A stretch of 64,000 nt of DNA, from contig NC_087469.1 of assembly GCF_036321535.1 (NCBI RefSeq), positions 7,998,001-8,062,000 on the forward strand, read 5' to 3'. This DNA is from Camelus dromedarius (taxonomy: Eukaryota). How positions within the stretch are numbered: the first letter of the stretch is position 1; every line of letters starts with the position of its first letter. Both the position numbers and the translations under genes were made by a program. Shown here one piece after another: positions 52,008 through 64,000 of this stretch. The notes below the pieces were generated by a model. That model saw nothing but the letters and a program-made list of their open reading frames with translations. It was not told the origin of the DNA and did no database searches.

Positions 52008-54699
52008 TTCTGGGAGCCTATCCCCAAGGCCACACCACCTCTGGCCTCTGAAGTCGCCTGAGAACTCCGTCTCCCAAGTCCGCCTTCCTATCCATCCTGC
52101 GAGCTCCTTGGGTCCTGCAGCCTCCAGGGCTGCCCCCAAAGTTCCCTTGAAAGAGACAACATTCTCAGTGCCCTCCCATCCCACCCCAGACCTGGCCCAC
52201 CCTCAGGGTGAGCTGTCCTTCCAATAAAGCTGGACGAGAAGCTGCCGTAAGTGGGATGTCCCACGCGTGCCATGTATGTTTGGGTACGGAAACCGGTCAG
52301 GGTTCTTCTGTGGGTGAGCTCTGGACTGACTCCAACTCAGGCAGCAGCTGGGTGGTTTCTGGGCCCAAGTTTCTTCATCTGTGAGGTAGGAATGACCCTG
52401 TCTACCTTGCCTGCCTCGGCAGGTTTGCGTAGAGAAGCAAATGGGATAATAGGTTTGACAATATGTTGATAAACTGTCAAGTGCTGGGCAACATGACTTG
52501 AATGTGTGCTCTCTGCCAGACATTGTTATGTCATCATCAAAACTGATACTGTGTGTGTGTTCACCAAAATTCTGGAGCTGACTTGCATACGGGGGCTGCT
52601 GGCCCTCTCAGCACACTTCAGGGAAGGAGGCCTGTCGGGTGGTGATTGAAATAGGATACAACTAGGCTCTGGTCTTGGCTCAATCACTTCATATCAGCCT
52701 CAGTTTCTTATCTGTAAAGTAGGCACAATGATACCCATTGTAGGTTTGTTGAGAATGAATGAAGGACATCAGACTGTGCACAGCACCTGGCCCATCAAAG
52801 CACCTGTGAATGGCTGCCCTTGTCGCTCTAGGCTGAGCCGATTGTCCCCTTGGGACCAGGATCAGACTAGGGGGCCAGTGTCCTGGGAACTAAGAAGGAA
52901 CCCAAGGTCACCCAACACTGGCTGTGTCCCTTGTGTCCCCACCACCCAACAGATATTCGTATCAGATAGTTCCAGAACCACAGACTACTTGAGCAGCCGT
53001 ACTCTTCCTGCGATGAGACTGAGGCTCAGAAAGGTGAAGGCAATTGCCCCATGTCACTGAGTCACCAAATGGCAGACCTGGACCTCAAGCCCAGGCCAGC
53101 TGCCCATATTCTGCTCAGCGGACGCAGAAGAAAGCTGAGTTACTCCCATGCCTGGGGTCAGAGGGCTCCTTGACAGGTGTTGGTGACATCGGGATATGCA
53201 GCCCCACTGGGAGACGTCTGCTCTCCCTCCAAAAATCTACCTGGGCTTCTCTTCGGGCCCACGTGTGTCAGAGAGCCCAGCACCCACACCGGGAAAATGT
53301 TCTCACCCAAATCTGGGCTTGACGCCTATTATAGCTCTGGTTGGTTAGGAACCAAAAGCTCACCCCTCTATCCAAGAGCTGTTAAGAAATACTGGAGGTG
53401 GAGGAGGGGCAGATTATCCAGCACCAGGGGCAAAAGGCCCTGAGGGGAGACGGAAGGGAAAGCTCCATGAATGCACCGCCCAGAGCGCTGCAGATCCATG
53501 AAGCGACACGCATGCGTATGGCAGTACACCTACCTGAGTGTGAAGAGGGGCCAGCTGTGAACACGCAAGCCCAGATGAACTTGAGTGCTTGGACACACAC
53601 TTAAAAAAAAATAATAATAATAATAATCATGGATGTCCAGGAGCAGATGGGTTTAAAAAAGGCAACTCAGCCCATCCTGCTCTCCAACTTCGGATGTGAC
53701 TCCGCATCTCCGAGCTCCAGCGTCCTCATCCACACCATGGATTTAACGGCAGTCTACCCAGGATTTGGGGAAGGATGCAATGAGATGTTGGATATGAAAG
53801 CACCTTGGAAATAAAAATGTGTTAATTACCTGCAAGAGGGGGTGATTATTCTTCTGACTCAGGTCAGAGCTGGCAGACAGTGGGGCTGGCAAGGCGAGAG
53901 CCCAGCGTAGGGGACGGCTGGCCGGCCGGGCTGGGCCAGAGGAAACAGCGGCTGTTTCCTGGCAGGGTGGGAGTGTGCAGAGTGAAACGAGACCCTTGTG
54001 GAAACAGAAAAGGAAAGTGTTTGTTAAAGCGTTTTTTGAGTTAATAAAGGAGGAAGGAGCAAACGCCAAGCCCTTCAGTTGAATCCGTCGGAGGTCTTCA
54101 AGTCGCAGTGGCTCCTTAAGATCCATCCGCCTCAGCGGCCCTAGAGACGGAGGGCGGGGGGGTCTCCTGTCCCCTGCGCACTGGAAACACCTGGGGACAG
54201 GGAACCCACTTCTCCCAGCAAAGCCAGCGCTACTGGCTACAGAACTTCTTGTTTGAAAGGCTCTTTCAGGGAACCCGCTTTGGATTATCTCTTGCTTTGC
54301 CTGATTTTCTATTATTTCCCTTTCCGTTTGGTCCTCCTTAGCAAAGAGCCTACTACCTCACTCCCAAACCCCGGGCCTAGCAGGTCCTCCAACATTAAGG
54401 CCCCTAGAGACCTGGGTTCGGAGCTGATGACTCGGTGGAATCAACAGAGAAGTCCCTGATCCCTGGTCGCGCCCCCCTCCCACCCCCGACCCCGGACGTC
54501 CCCTCCAGCGCCCCTTAACCCGGCCCCCATTCTCCCCAAAGAGAATTTTTCTGAGTTTTGGAGAATTTTTATTGTTTAAAAATCATCATCCCTGAAGCCT
54601 CCCCAAACATACAACCCATCACATGGTGTCCTGCTCTGTAAACGTTTATTCTAAGAAACCGCACGACGGCGAGGGAATCCGGAGCGAGTGAAGGGCGGC

Positions 54700-56299
54700 T
54701 CACTGGGGGTTCAGCTTCTTGGAGGCCTCTTCGATGGCGGCCAGGATGCTGGTCTTGAGGCTCTCCAGCACGGGCAGCAGGCCCTGGCGGAGGTCCTCCA
54801 GTGCGGGCCTGGCCTTCTCGCCCAGCTCTTTCAGCTGCTCGGCGGCCTTGGCGTGGTAGTCGGCCAGGCTGGCGCCGCCGCCCTCCTTGAGCGCCTCGAA
54901 GCGGGCGGCCAAGCGCTGGCGCAGATCGTCGCTGTAGGGCGCCAGCTGCAGGCGCAGCGCCTCCACGTGGGCGCGCGCGCGGTCGCGGACCTCCTCGGCC
55001 AGCGGGCTCAGCTTCTCCTGCAGCTCCTGCATCTTCTGGCGCGCGTCCTCGCGCAGCTCCGCGCCCAGCGGCGCCACCTTCTGGCGATAGATCTCCATCT
55101 CCTCCTGCCACTTCTTCTGGAAGTCTTCCAGGTAGGGCTGCACCTTCTGCTTCACCTCCTCCAGATCCTTGTTCATCTCCTGCCTCAGCGTCTCCGTCTC
55201 CTTTTCCACCCTGTCCCAGAACTCCTGGGTCACCGGGCCCAGCTGCTCCTGCAGCTTGCTGAAGGTGCTGCTCAGGCTGTCCCAGTTGTCCAGGAGTTTC
55301 AGGCTGAAGGGGGAGAGAGAGAGGAGGGCTCAAGGGAGGGCTCTCAGGGACGCTGGGCACCTCCCCCACCCCGAGCTGCAGCCCAGCGCTCCCCATTTAC
55401 CTGGGGGTGAGACCTGGGCACACCTGCCCCTGAACATAGGGTAACTGGGGGCAGACCCTCAGCTTAGCTTCTCCCATTTGTGGTCTCCCCCAGGGTCCCC
55501 CCACTGCACCACCACCACAGCATCCCATTGACCAGGTGGGATGAGGATCTAGAAAGAGACAGAGCTGAGTCTGGTGCCCAGTCTTGTCTGTCTCTGAAGC
55601 TGGAGCTTTTAAGGGTCTGATCTCCACCCTTCCAGCCCATTCTCCTCTCTGAACACAGCCATCCCTGCTGCTGGCAGGAGCAGAGGAGGGGTTAAGAATG
55701 GGACGGGGCTTGTGAACAATGACTGGGCAGCGCTGGTCTGCCCCTTGGTTGTGATTCTGCATGGGGATCCCACTCTCATTTTCCATCCAAGCCTTCTACG
55801 GGGCCCATCAAATAGCAAGTGGGAATTCAGCCAGTCTGGTTGCTTCTTCCCACAGGCCTCTCCACCCTCCAGAACCAGCACCAGCACCCCCTACCCCTGC
55901 ACCCAGTCCCAGGCTGGGTTCTTACTTGAGTTGTTTTCCCAAAGCAGAGGCTTCAAACTGGGCCACATAGTCCCTGCCGCTGTCTTTGACTGCATCCAGG
56001 TACACGGTGACAAAATCCTTCACCCGATCCCAGGATGACTGGGGGTCATCATGCTGCCAGAAATACCGAGCCTGGCTCCCTGGGGGTGAGAGGGGAGACC
56101 CAGATCAGGCCAGCTCTGGGCCAGGATCTGAGCTGAAATGCTCAGGGGAGACGGGGTGATGGAGAAATTCTACTCCCAGTGCCCAGGAAGGTAGACCACA
56201 GGGATTCAGGGAGAAGGTGTTGCTGATGGTTGGCTCCCTAGGCTGGGGGCACCTACCGGTGAGGAAGAGCACAGCCAAGGTCAACACCACGGCTTTCAT
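54700..56299 (-). CDS. APOA1: Apolipoprotein A-I, 266 aa
   Basis: Exons 56257-56299 ([14 protein letters not shown]), 55926-56079 (154 bp), 54700-55303 (604 bp); total 801 nt. Non-coding exon 1 at about 56529-56549; polyA signal at 54645-54650. Confidence 0.97.
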
Positions 56300-56572
56300 C
56301 CTGAAGGGATGTGGGTGACCTAGAGGAGAAGAGGGCCCGGCTGAGTGGGGCGTGGAGGAGCCCGCGCATGCCCGCTCAGTCCAGCCAGGGAGGAGCAGGA
56401 GGGGCACAGAGTGGGAGGGTGACAGGTATCCAGAGTCTCAGTGTGGCGCAGAGGCTCAAGCCAGGATCCCAGAGCCTGAGCCTCGAATGCCTAGAGCCAG
56501 GGTAACCTGAGAAGGTAGCGGCACTTACCTCAGTGCTCCAGTGGTCTCTGAACAGCCGGCTCTCCCCCGGCC

Positions 56573-56758
56573 TATTTATGTGTCCAGGCAGGGGCTGGGC
56601 TGGGAGGCTGATAAGCCCAGCCCAGGCCTTGCCGCTGCTCACTGGTCCTGGCGATGTGGAACTTAGAGTTCAAGGATCAGCTCCGTCCCTGGGGCCGGGC
56701 AAATAGAGCTGGCAAACAGGAAGCTGTGGGGGCTGCAGGGCCAGGGATCAAGGGTTCA
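56573..56758 (-). promoter_or_regulatory. APOA1 promoter: TAAATA 56573-56578, site C 56665-56679, site B (FOXA-type) 56699-56718, site A 56745-56758
   Basis: Minus strand TGATCCTTGAACTCT, TGTTTGCCAGCTCTATTTGC and TGAACCCTTGATCC match the recalled hepatic enhancer sites C, B and A. Confidence 0.8.
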
Positions 56759-58225
56759 GGCAGGGGTGGGTGCAGGCTTGCAGGTCCCCAGAGTCGGGGT
56801 CAGCTGAGCCCGGCCCCTTCTCCTCAGTGGGGGCCGTGTGCCCACCATTGTCCATTGTGCCGGCGCAGCAGGCAAGAAGAAGGAACGAAGGAAAACATGC
56901 TCACTGCCAGGGCTGGCAGGGACTCATCCACTCAGGAGATATCCCCCCCAACCGTCCCCTTGCATTCCAGGGAGACTATCTCACCCCCACTCTGCCCCCA
57001 CCTCACAAAGGCAGCAGACGGTCCTGCCACCAATGCTGTCGCCTCTCTCATCCCCACCCCTCCCAGGGCCCCCGCAGACCTCCCAGATCCTAAACTGAAG
57101 GGAACCATGTGCTAGGATGCATCCTGGGCAGAGAGGACCGAACTCAGTGGCTCCCAGACTTTGAGATTTCAGAGGCGGCTAACATTTCCAAACACACTTG
57201 AGAGCCCAATGCTGAGATGCCAACTTTCCATTCTGTCCTGTAAAAATCTTACCCACTGCCAACCCCCCACCTAACCCAAACCCTGCCAGTGGGACCAGCA
57301 CTTCAAAAAAGAAAAGATTTTTTTTAACACCAAAAAAGGGCATAATCTCAGAATAAAGGACAGTTGCTTAAATGGAAAACGTATGTCCTTGCATTGTTCA
57401 CACTGATGCTGGGTGCCACACAGGTGAGAATGGACGCCAGCCCTTAGGGACGGCCCGTGTTGGGGAAAGACTTCTGGATTGCTAGCGGCAGGAGCCTGGT
57501 TTCTCATTTCATTTTGACCTTCAATTTGCAAAATCCTGGAGAAGGATAGTGAGTCATTTATGTAATCTCTCCGAGTCTTGGTTTCCTATCAGTGAAATGG
57601 AGACAAGAATGGGGGGTGTGGTTGTTGGAGGACAGACCCGGGGAATCCTGTAAATCAGTGCTGTGTGCTGGTTAGTGTTTGCAGCATCATTTTGTAAGGT
57701 TTCTCCTGAGAGGCCTGAGACGCCCAACACCGGGTCAGCAACAGGGCCCAGCTGGTAGAGCCTGTGAATGCGTAAGTGAAGGGGAGCTTGGAGATCAGCC
57801 ATTCCAGCCTTTCCGCAGCCCCGCCATCTTCAGATGAGGAAGCTGAAGAGGAGGAATTTGCCCCATGGTTCTGTCTCCCTGGGAGTTAGAGACATGGCTG
57901 GACTTAGAACCCAGGTCTCTGGACTGAGGACCTAGGGCAGACATGTGCCCTGCACCATCTGCCCAGGAAACTCCCTGGTGCTCTAAAACCCTGCTGGATC
58001 CCGGAGGGGCGGGGCTCCAGGCCTCTCCCGCCCCAGCCAGCCTCCTGCCTTTCTCTGCAGAGGAGAGAGCTTTGGAGCCTGACCAGCTTAGGTTTGAATC
58101 CCAGCTCTGCCACTTGTTAGCGGTAGGTCCCTAGGCAAGTCCAGGACCTCCCCGACACCTGTTTCTTCTCTGTTAGATGAAGATGATGCTGGGACATGCC
58201 CCTCCTAGTTATAGTAAGTTACATG

Positions 58226-58690
58226 TGTGGCAGGCAGAATAACGGCCCCCAAACATGTCCATGTCCTACTCCCTGGAATTCGTGGCTGTTCCTTTGCATG
58301 GTAAAAGGGACTTGGCAGATGTGACTTAAGGACCTTGAGATGGGGTGACTGTCCTGGGTTATGCAGGTGGGCCCGTGTCATCACAAGAGTTTTTAATACA
58401 CAAGAGCAGGAGAGGCAGAGGAAGAGGAGGAGGAGAGGAGAGGACGGAAGCAAAGGTCAGGGTGATGTGATTGCTGGAAGGGCCCACGAGCCAAAGAATG
58501 TGAGCAGCCTCCAGAAGCTGGAAGGGCCACCAAAGCAGAGTCACCAGGAGGAATGTGGCTCTGCTGACACCATGCATTTAGCCTCCTGTGACCCATTTTG
58601 GACTTCTGACCTCCAGAACTGTAGTGTTAAGACAATAAATTTATGTTGCTAAGCACTAAATTTGAACATGTATAGCAAAACTGAAAGACA
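58226..58690. mobile_element. ERVL-MaLR LTR (MLT1C/D-like)
   Basis: tgtggcaggcagaataacggccccc...gggacttggcagatgtgacttaaggaccttgagatgggg...ttctgacctccagaactgt...ataaatttatgttg. Confidence 0.8.
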
Positions 58691-61339
58691 CTTGGCCCTT
58701 AGTAAACAGTAACTGTTCTGTGTCCCAGAATCTGTTTCTGGCATTCTGTCCCCCTGCTCCCACTGAACACACTTGCAACTGTCAGACCAGAGCTACGACC
58801 TCAGCTTCTGGCAGTAGAGGTGGGGGAAGGCAGGGAAGCCCGTTTGCTCTGCGTCGCCTTGCCGTGCCGATGCTGAGATGAGGGGGCTCTGATCCAGGAC
58901 TGACCCAGCCCCAGGGCTCTGCGGACCCAGCAGAGAAGGAGGCTGCCACTTGGCCAGCCCAGCTTTCTGCCTGTTGTCTAGGGAGTGGGAGGGAGGCCGG
59001 GACCTTGCTGCGGCAGCTCATGGGTGTCTCAGGACAAGAGAAGCTCCTTTCTTGTTTGGGGGTAGAGCTCCGCCCAGCCAGTACACAGAGGCTCTCAGAA
59101 GCTTACCAGTTGGACTCCAAGTACTTGCCACTGTTCTGCCCTGCTCTGGCTCATCACTGAAATAACCATGGTAACCTAGCATCTGACACCTGCACGGTTC
59201 TTTAGTGGCCAAAGCTGTTTCACAATTAACTTAGTTTGTCCTTCTCAGGCCAGCAGGCCAGGTCCTCTCCTTGCTTTGCCCATGACAAGGCTGCAGCTGA
59301 GATCTGCTAAGAGCTGCCCTGCGCCCTTCAGTCATTAGTGCTGCTGCTGGCAGGAAGCGAATGAAGGGGCCTGGCTTCTAGTTCTCTGATGGTTGCCTGT
59401 TGGTCTCCAGCAGCCGGCCCCTGACTCCCACAGCTCTTGACCCCAGCCCAGGACTCCTCAGCTTCCTGGCGTGGGGATCTCACGGCACTGGGCTAGGGAG
59501 TGTTGTTTGACAGCGTCCTACCAAGCGGAAGCATCCTTTTCAATATACTTGTTCCCGAGTGCGTCTAATCCACCTCACTGTAAGACAGTCGGTTAAACCA
59601 GCCTGAGCTCCTCATTACTAACATTTTGGAGAAGGAGGAAGTCTTTCTGGACAGAGGCTTATGTGAAAACTACCACCAACAGCAAACGAGTGCATCTCAG
59701 GACCAGACTTGGGGTCCAGGCAGTCATTGCTGGAGGCACCATGAGCCTGGACTGGACTGGCTGTTTAGCAGGTACCCGTGTAGGCCCTCAGTCCACCACC
59801 CTCTCCCCCGATCTTGGGAGTCTCTGGAGCGACCGTTTCTGTAGTGGGTCCCCTGACACGGGTGGGAGTGTGGCTGGCTGTAGGAGTGGATTTCACTCAG
59901 AATGATGGGCCATTCATTTCACAACTGATGTCCCAACGTCACACTGGTCAGTATGCACTGGGAGGACTCTGTCCCCTGCTAGGTCTGGCACGTAACAGAC
60001 ACTCAACAAATATTTGCTCAGTGAACGACACTGGCACACCAAAGGAAGGGTCACCAAGAAGGTGGAGGGTCATCTGAAGGAGCAGCCCTGGGTCAGACGC
60101 AAGAGCCTGGAGCATTCAGCCTTGTACCACGGACCCTGCTCAGAACATTCACCCTGAGCGCATGTGGTGCAGGATGGGATGGGAGATGTGAGGTTGAGGA
60201 GGTTTGGACTGACCAGGGGAGAGAGGAGACCCGTCTCCTGCCCCCACTATTCACTATTTGGCAGTTTCGTTGAGATCCTGGTGATAGCTGGAGCCCCAGC
60301 TTAGGCCTGAGGGCAGGGCGTCTTAAACCAACCAAACGCGGTTTTCTCTTGGCCTCCTGCCCTGAAGACTAAGATGATGCCAGAGCAGGAGCAGAGGGCT
60401 GGCTCCTGGGCAGGCACACCAGCCTTCTGAATTCTTGATTCGTGTGGCTGGAGCAGGGTGGGGCTGTCACAAAGAAAGAGCAGCAAGCTCCTATCTTCCA
60501 GAGCTCAGATCTCAGGGTCTGTATCTGGGAGGCAGTGAGGGTTCTGAGCTCATCTCAAAGGCATCCCCGCTGACTATGGGAGGGCGTGGCACCTACTGCA
60601 GAAGGTTCTTACAGATTGTTTGAAGGCATCTGGGTTTATCGCTGTTTGGTTTCAGGGGCATTCCCAGCCTCTCATGGGGTTGTGTACAGACGCAGGTGAT
60701 TTCTAGAAGACCCTTCCTGAGGGGGCTCCTTTCTGTCCTAAGTAGTCCCACAGCAACTTTCTGGTCCACCGGGCACTCGAAAGCTTTCGTAAGTTCCTTC
60801 CTCTCACTTGTCTTTCTACAAACTCAGCTTGAGTAACCTTTCTTCATAGAAGACCTTCAATCAGCTGTCTCTTAGCCATGGCTGGGACCATGCTGGAAAT
60901 TCTACCCTGCCCTTTGGAGTCCAGGTGTGGAAAAAGGGGGAAACTACAGGAAAAGTCCCCTTCTACGCTAACACTTAGTTGGTGATCATGTCACGGGGCT
61001 GATGGAGGGTGCCCCATGAAGGCCCCAGCCTGTGCCAGCTCTTGGAGGCCTTCCTTCTACTCCTTCAAAAGTCCTCTCAAGGAATCTGTTCTTCATCTGG
61101 CTCAGCAAACTCAAATGCTCCCTTCTGAGAGGGCAGAGTCCAAGCCAGGTGTCTGGGGACCCAGTGCGGAGCTGAGCTCAGGCTTCTAGAGAATGCTTGT
61201 CTCACAAGGCCGGTGAGATAATGGATTGCTCAAAGCCCCACCCTTCGCTGGTCTTCAGCCTCCAGTGTTCTGGCTTCTATGTGCCTGATGGTTTCTCCCG
61301 ACTAGACTACGAACCATAAGGCAAATAACGTATCAGCAT

Positions 61340-63539
61340 AAAAGATCATAATCAGGTTTTTATTGTCACAATCCCCGACTTTCCAACTAAGTTACTAATG
61401 TAAGTGTCCACATGAAAAAAAGGACTAAAGGTCTTACTGCAACTTGGGTCTGGAGATTTTTTTAATCCTTTTTTTAGTTCAACATAAATGAGAAAGAAAA
61501 AATACTCTGACATTTTCAAAGAACAGAAATAGGAAAGTATATTCGTATACATTCAACATATACTGCGCATATTGGTTACTACAATACAAAGCAATGGTTT
61601 TTTCAAAAGTGTAGTTCGCAAGATGGCACGGTTAATAGGGTCACTGGCTTTCACCTGGGCGGTCGCTGGAGGGCGGCAGTCTGCTCCTCCATTGGCGCAG
61701 GACCGTGTGAACAGAACAGGCTGAGCCCGTGGTGGGGGGCCGTCAGGGGGCATCAGAGTTGCAACAGCCCAGAGAAGTCAACAGTGGCTGTTCGGGCTTG
61801 CTCGGTTGCTCCTTCTGGTGAGTAGTTGGTGACCCCACCAAGTGGAGGGGAGATCGGGGACCATGGAAACACGGAGAGATCCCAAGAAAGGCTCTTGCAC
61901 TGCAGAAACCCACTCGAGGGATGTCGGGTCCAGGAGCCGAGCTGCCAATATCAGTGAGAAGGCCAAGCTGCGCGGGGATCCTGGCGGCCACATCAGGATG
62001 GCCCCACTGGGCACCCGCTTTCCTCTGTGCAAATTCAGGATGAAAGACTAGAGGAGGCCTGGGGACCTTTTACTCTGCTTTCCCAGAAAAATGGATCAAG
62101 AGGCAGAATATTGAACATCTCTTTCTTGTTCTGAAGATCAGAAGGAGATAACCAGATCCTCTGTCAGCCCCCAGCCAGCAGAGAAGACTTTGGTTTCTAA
62201 CAGTGAAGAAAAATAAAGATAATGACACAAACAATAGCTACTGCATTTGCACTGCTTCAGCTGGGGAAGGAGACCACTACGTCTGTCACTGGCACGAGTG
62301 AGAACTGCTCACAATTGCAACGTCTAAATAAAATATTTTGAACAAAAGGTGCAAGTCACAATTCAAATAGAACAGAATCTGGTTAAACATTTCTCTTTTA
62401 AACAAAAATTCCTTTTGTTTTTATTTATTAATAATAATAACAATAATAATAACAATAATATCAACATTTACCAAAAACAATTCCTACATGATCAAGAATT
62501 AAAATAGGGGCTGAGGCTGCCCAGGGAGGAGGAGAAGGTTAGGAGAGAGGCAGGACCCAAGACAACCTCCTGTTCTTCTTGTCGGTGACCAAGAGGCTGG
62601 AAGGGAAAAGCATTATATATATATATATGTATGTATACACATATATACATATATATACGGAGAAACAATCCTTGTTATAGCACAATCTAAAATGAGAATG
62701 GAAGGTAACACAGAAGCATAGTGTGCCACTGCTGGGTGTTCAGTCCACGGGCAGGATGATAAAGGCAACCAACTTTCCAGGTTACAAGAGGGGAGCTGAG
62801 TCACACACCGAAGAGAAGGCCCACACCGAGACATTCTAACTGGCAACCATCAGCGCAAGTCACCCTCCGTCTCCATGCTAACCTTCCGACATGACCTTGG
62901 CTGGGGAAGACACATTTTTCAGTGGATCCCAGCAGGAACGACCTCTCCAGTTCCAGGCTTGGGGTGTCTCTTTTTGCTCTCCAAGGGCCAAAGGCTATCA
63001 CCCCTTCCTCTGTCTCTTTCTCCAGCAGCTAATATTCCAGAGGATGTTATCCTTTAGTTTCTGCTCCTGCTAAGAGCAGTGCCGAGGACTGGAGGGAGCT
63101 CTGTGGATGGAGGCTGGAGAGGGGAGTGGCTCGGGGCCCCTGGCCACTGAACTCTAACTGCTTTGCTCTTCTGTCTCAAAAACAAGGAAAGAAAGGAAGA
63201 AAAAAGAAAGAAAGAAAATCACCTCCAAAAGAAAACATACTTTAAAAAAAAAAAAACTAAAAATAACCCAAACCAAAACCACCAACTCAAATACACCAAA
63301 TACACTTTCATAGAAGGTGGCGAACATGGATTTCCTGTTTATTTCCTTGGTGACTTGGTCATACAAGCAAACATGGCAAAACCCCCCTCAGAACCCAAAA
63401 GAACAGCACACTGATGAACTAAATGTGAAGAAAGGAGCCAACGTTCTGGGTGGAGGGAAACACAATGGCAATTTGGCGCGATGCTGCTAGATACTGTTGG
63501 TTTAAAGTCAACCTTTTCATCCCCGCGCTGTACATAAAC
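61340..63539 (-). other. SIK3: Terminal 3'-UTR exon of SIK3 (coding exons outside the window)
   Basis: Synteny (SIK3 ends just upstream of APOA1 on the same strand), acceptor ctctgttgcag|GTTTATG at 63540/63539, AATAAA at 61359-61364. No SIK3 coding sequence is seen. Confidence 0.65.
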
Positions 63540-64000
63540 CTGCAACAGAGCAGACACAGGGAATTAGTTTGAAAAGAGAAAAACTCAAATATTCCATTGA
63601 AAACTTAAAAAAAAAAAAAGACCCAACTGGGTCACTTTACCGATATTTTAAGAGTTTTGCCATATTGAGGCTCTAATACGGATTTGCCAGACTGTTTTTT
63701 AACTTTCATTGTCTTTTCTGTCAATGAATTTTCAAAGACATAACTAATACCAACTACTATGTACATTTAGACATTACTCCAGGCAAATTGTTTTCTGTCA
63801 CTGGCCTCTGATCACATATTTCTGGAATATTTTGCTACTTACAGCATAGCCTTAAAAAATCTGGCTAGACATGTTTTCTTGCTGAATTTCATCCTTCAGG
63901 ACTGAGTTCAAGGACCACCTCCTTTCCCATTACCCTGGCCAGAGGCAGCTCTGTCTTCTGAAGCTGTGGCTCACTTGCTATATGAAGGCTACGGCCCCGC

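Noticed and set aside
54569-55444. 240-aa antisense ORF and 275-aa alternative-frame ORF over APOA1 exon 4
   Set aside because: Explained by high GC3 in a CpG-island exon; low-complexity Gly/Ala/Arg translation.

Overview
Mammalian genomic DNA containing the BUD13-ZPR1-APOA5-APOA4-APOC3-APOA1-SIK3 (3' end) locus. The source is probably a camelid, inferred from two tRNA-derived SINEs of camelid type and artiodactyl-like apolipoprotein sequences. I rebuilt exon structures by hand from GT-AG sites and phase: BUD13 exons 1-4 (gene runs off the left edge), ZPR1 (14 exons, 458 aa, exon 2 mostly hidden by a 135-N gap), APOA5 (370 aa), APOA4 (374 aa), APOA1 (266 aa) and APOC3. The main result is APOC3. 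Exon 3 is 64 bp instead of the usual 124 bp (in-frame 20-codon deletion) and exon 4 has a premature TAA, yet the splice sites, TATA, enhancer and polyA signal are intact. The predicted 42-aa mature peptide forms a nearly uninterrupted class-A amphipathic helix, so it is either a dying gene or a redesigned 'mini-apoC-III'. Nearby changes include a 7-bp duplication in the APOC3 C3P/HNF4 element, a 7-aa deletion and homogenised repeats in APOA4, and an Arg in the APOA5 signal-peptide core. All comparisons with human and pig orthologues are from recalled sequence, not from alignments run here.
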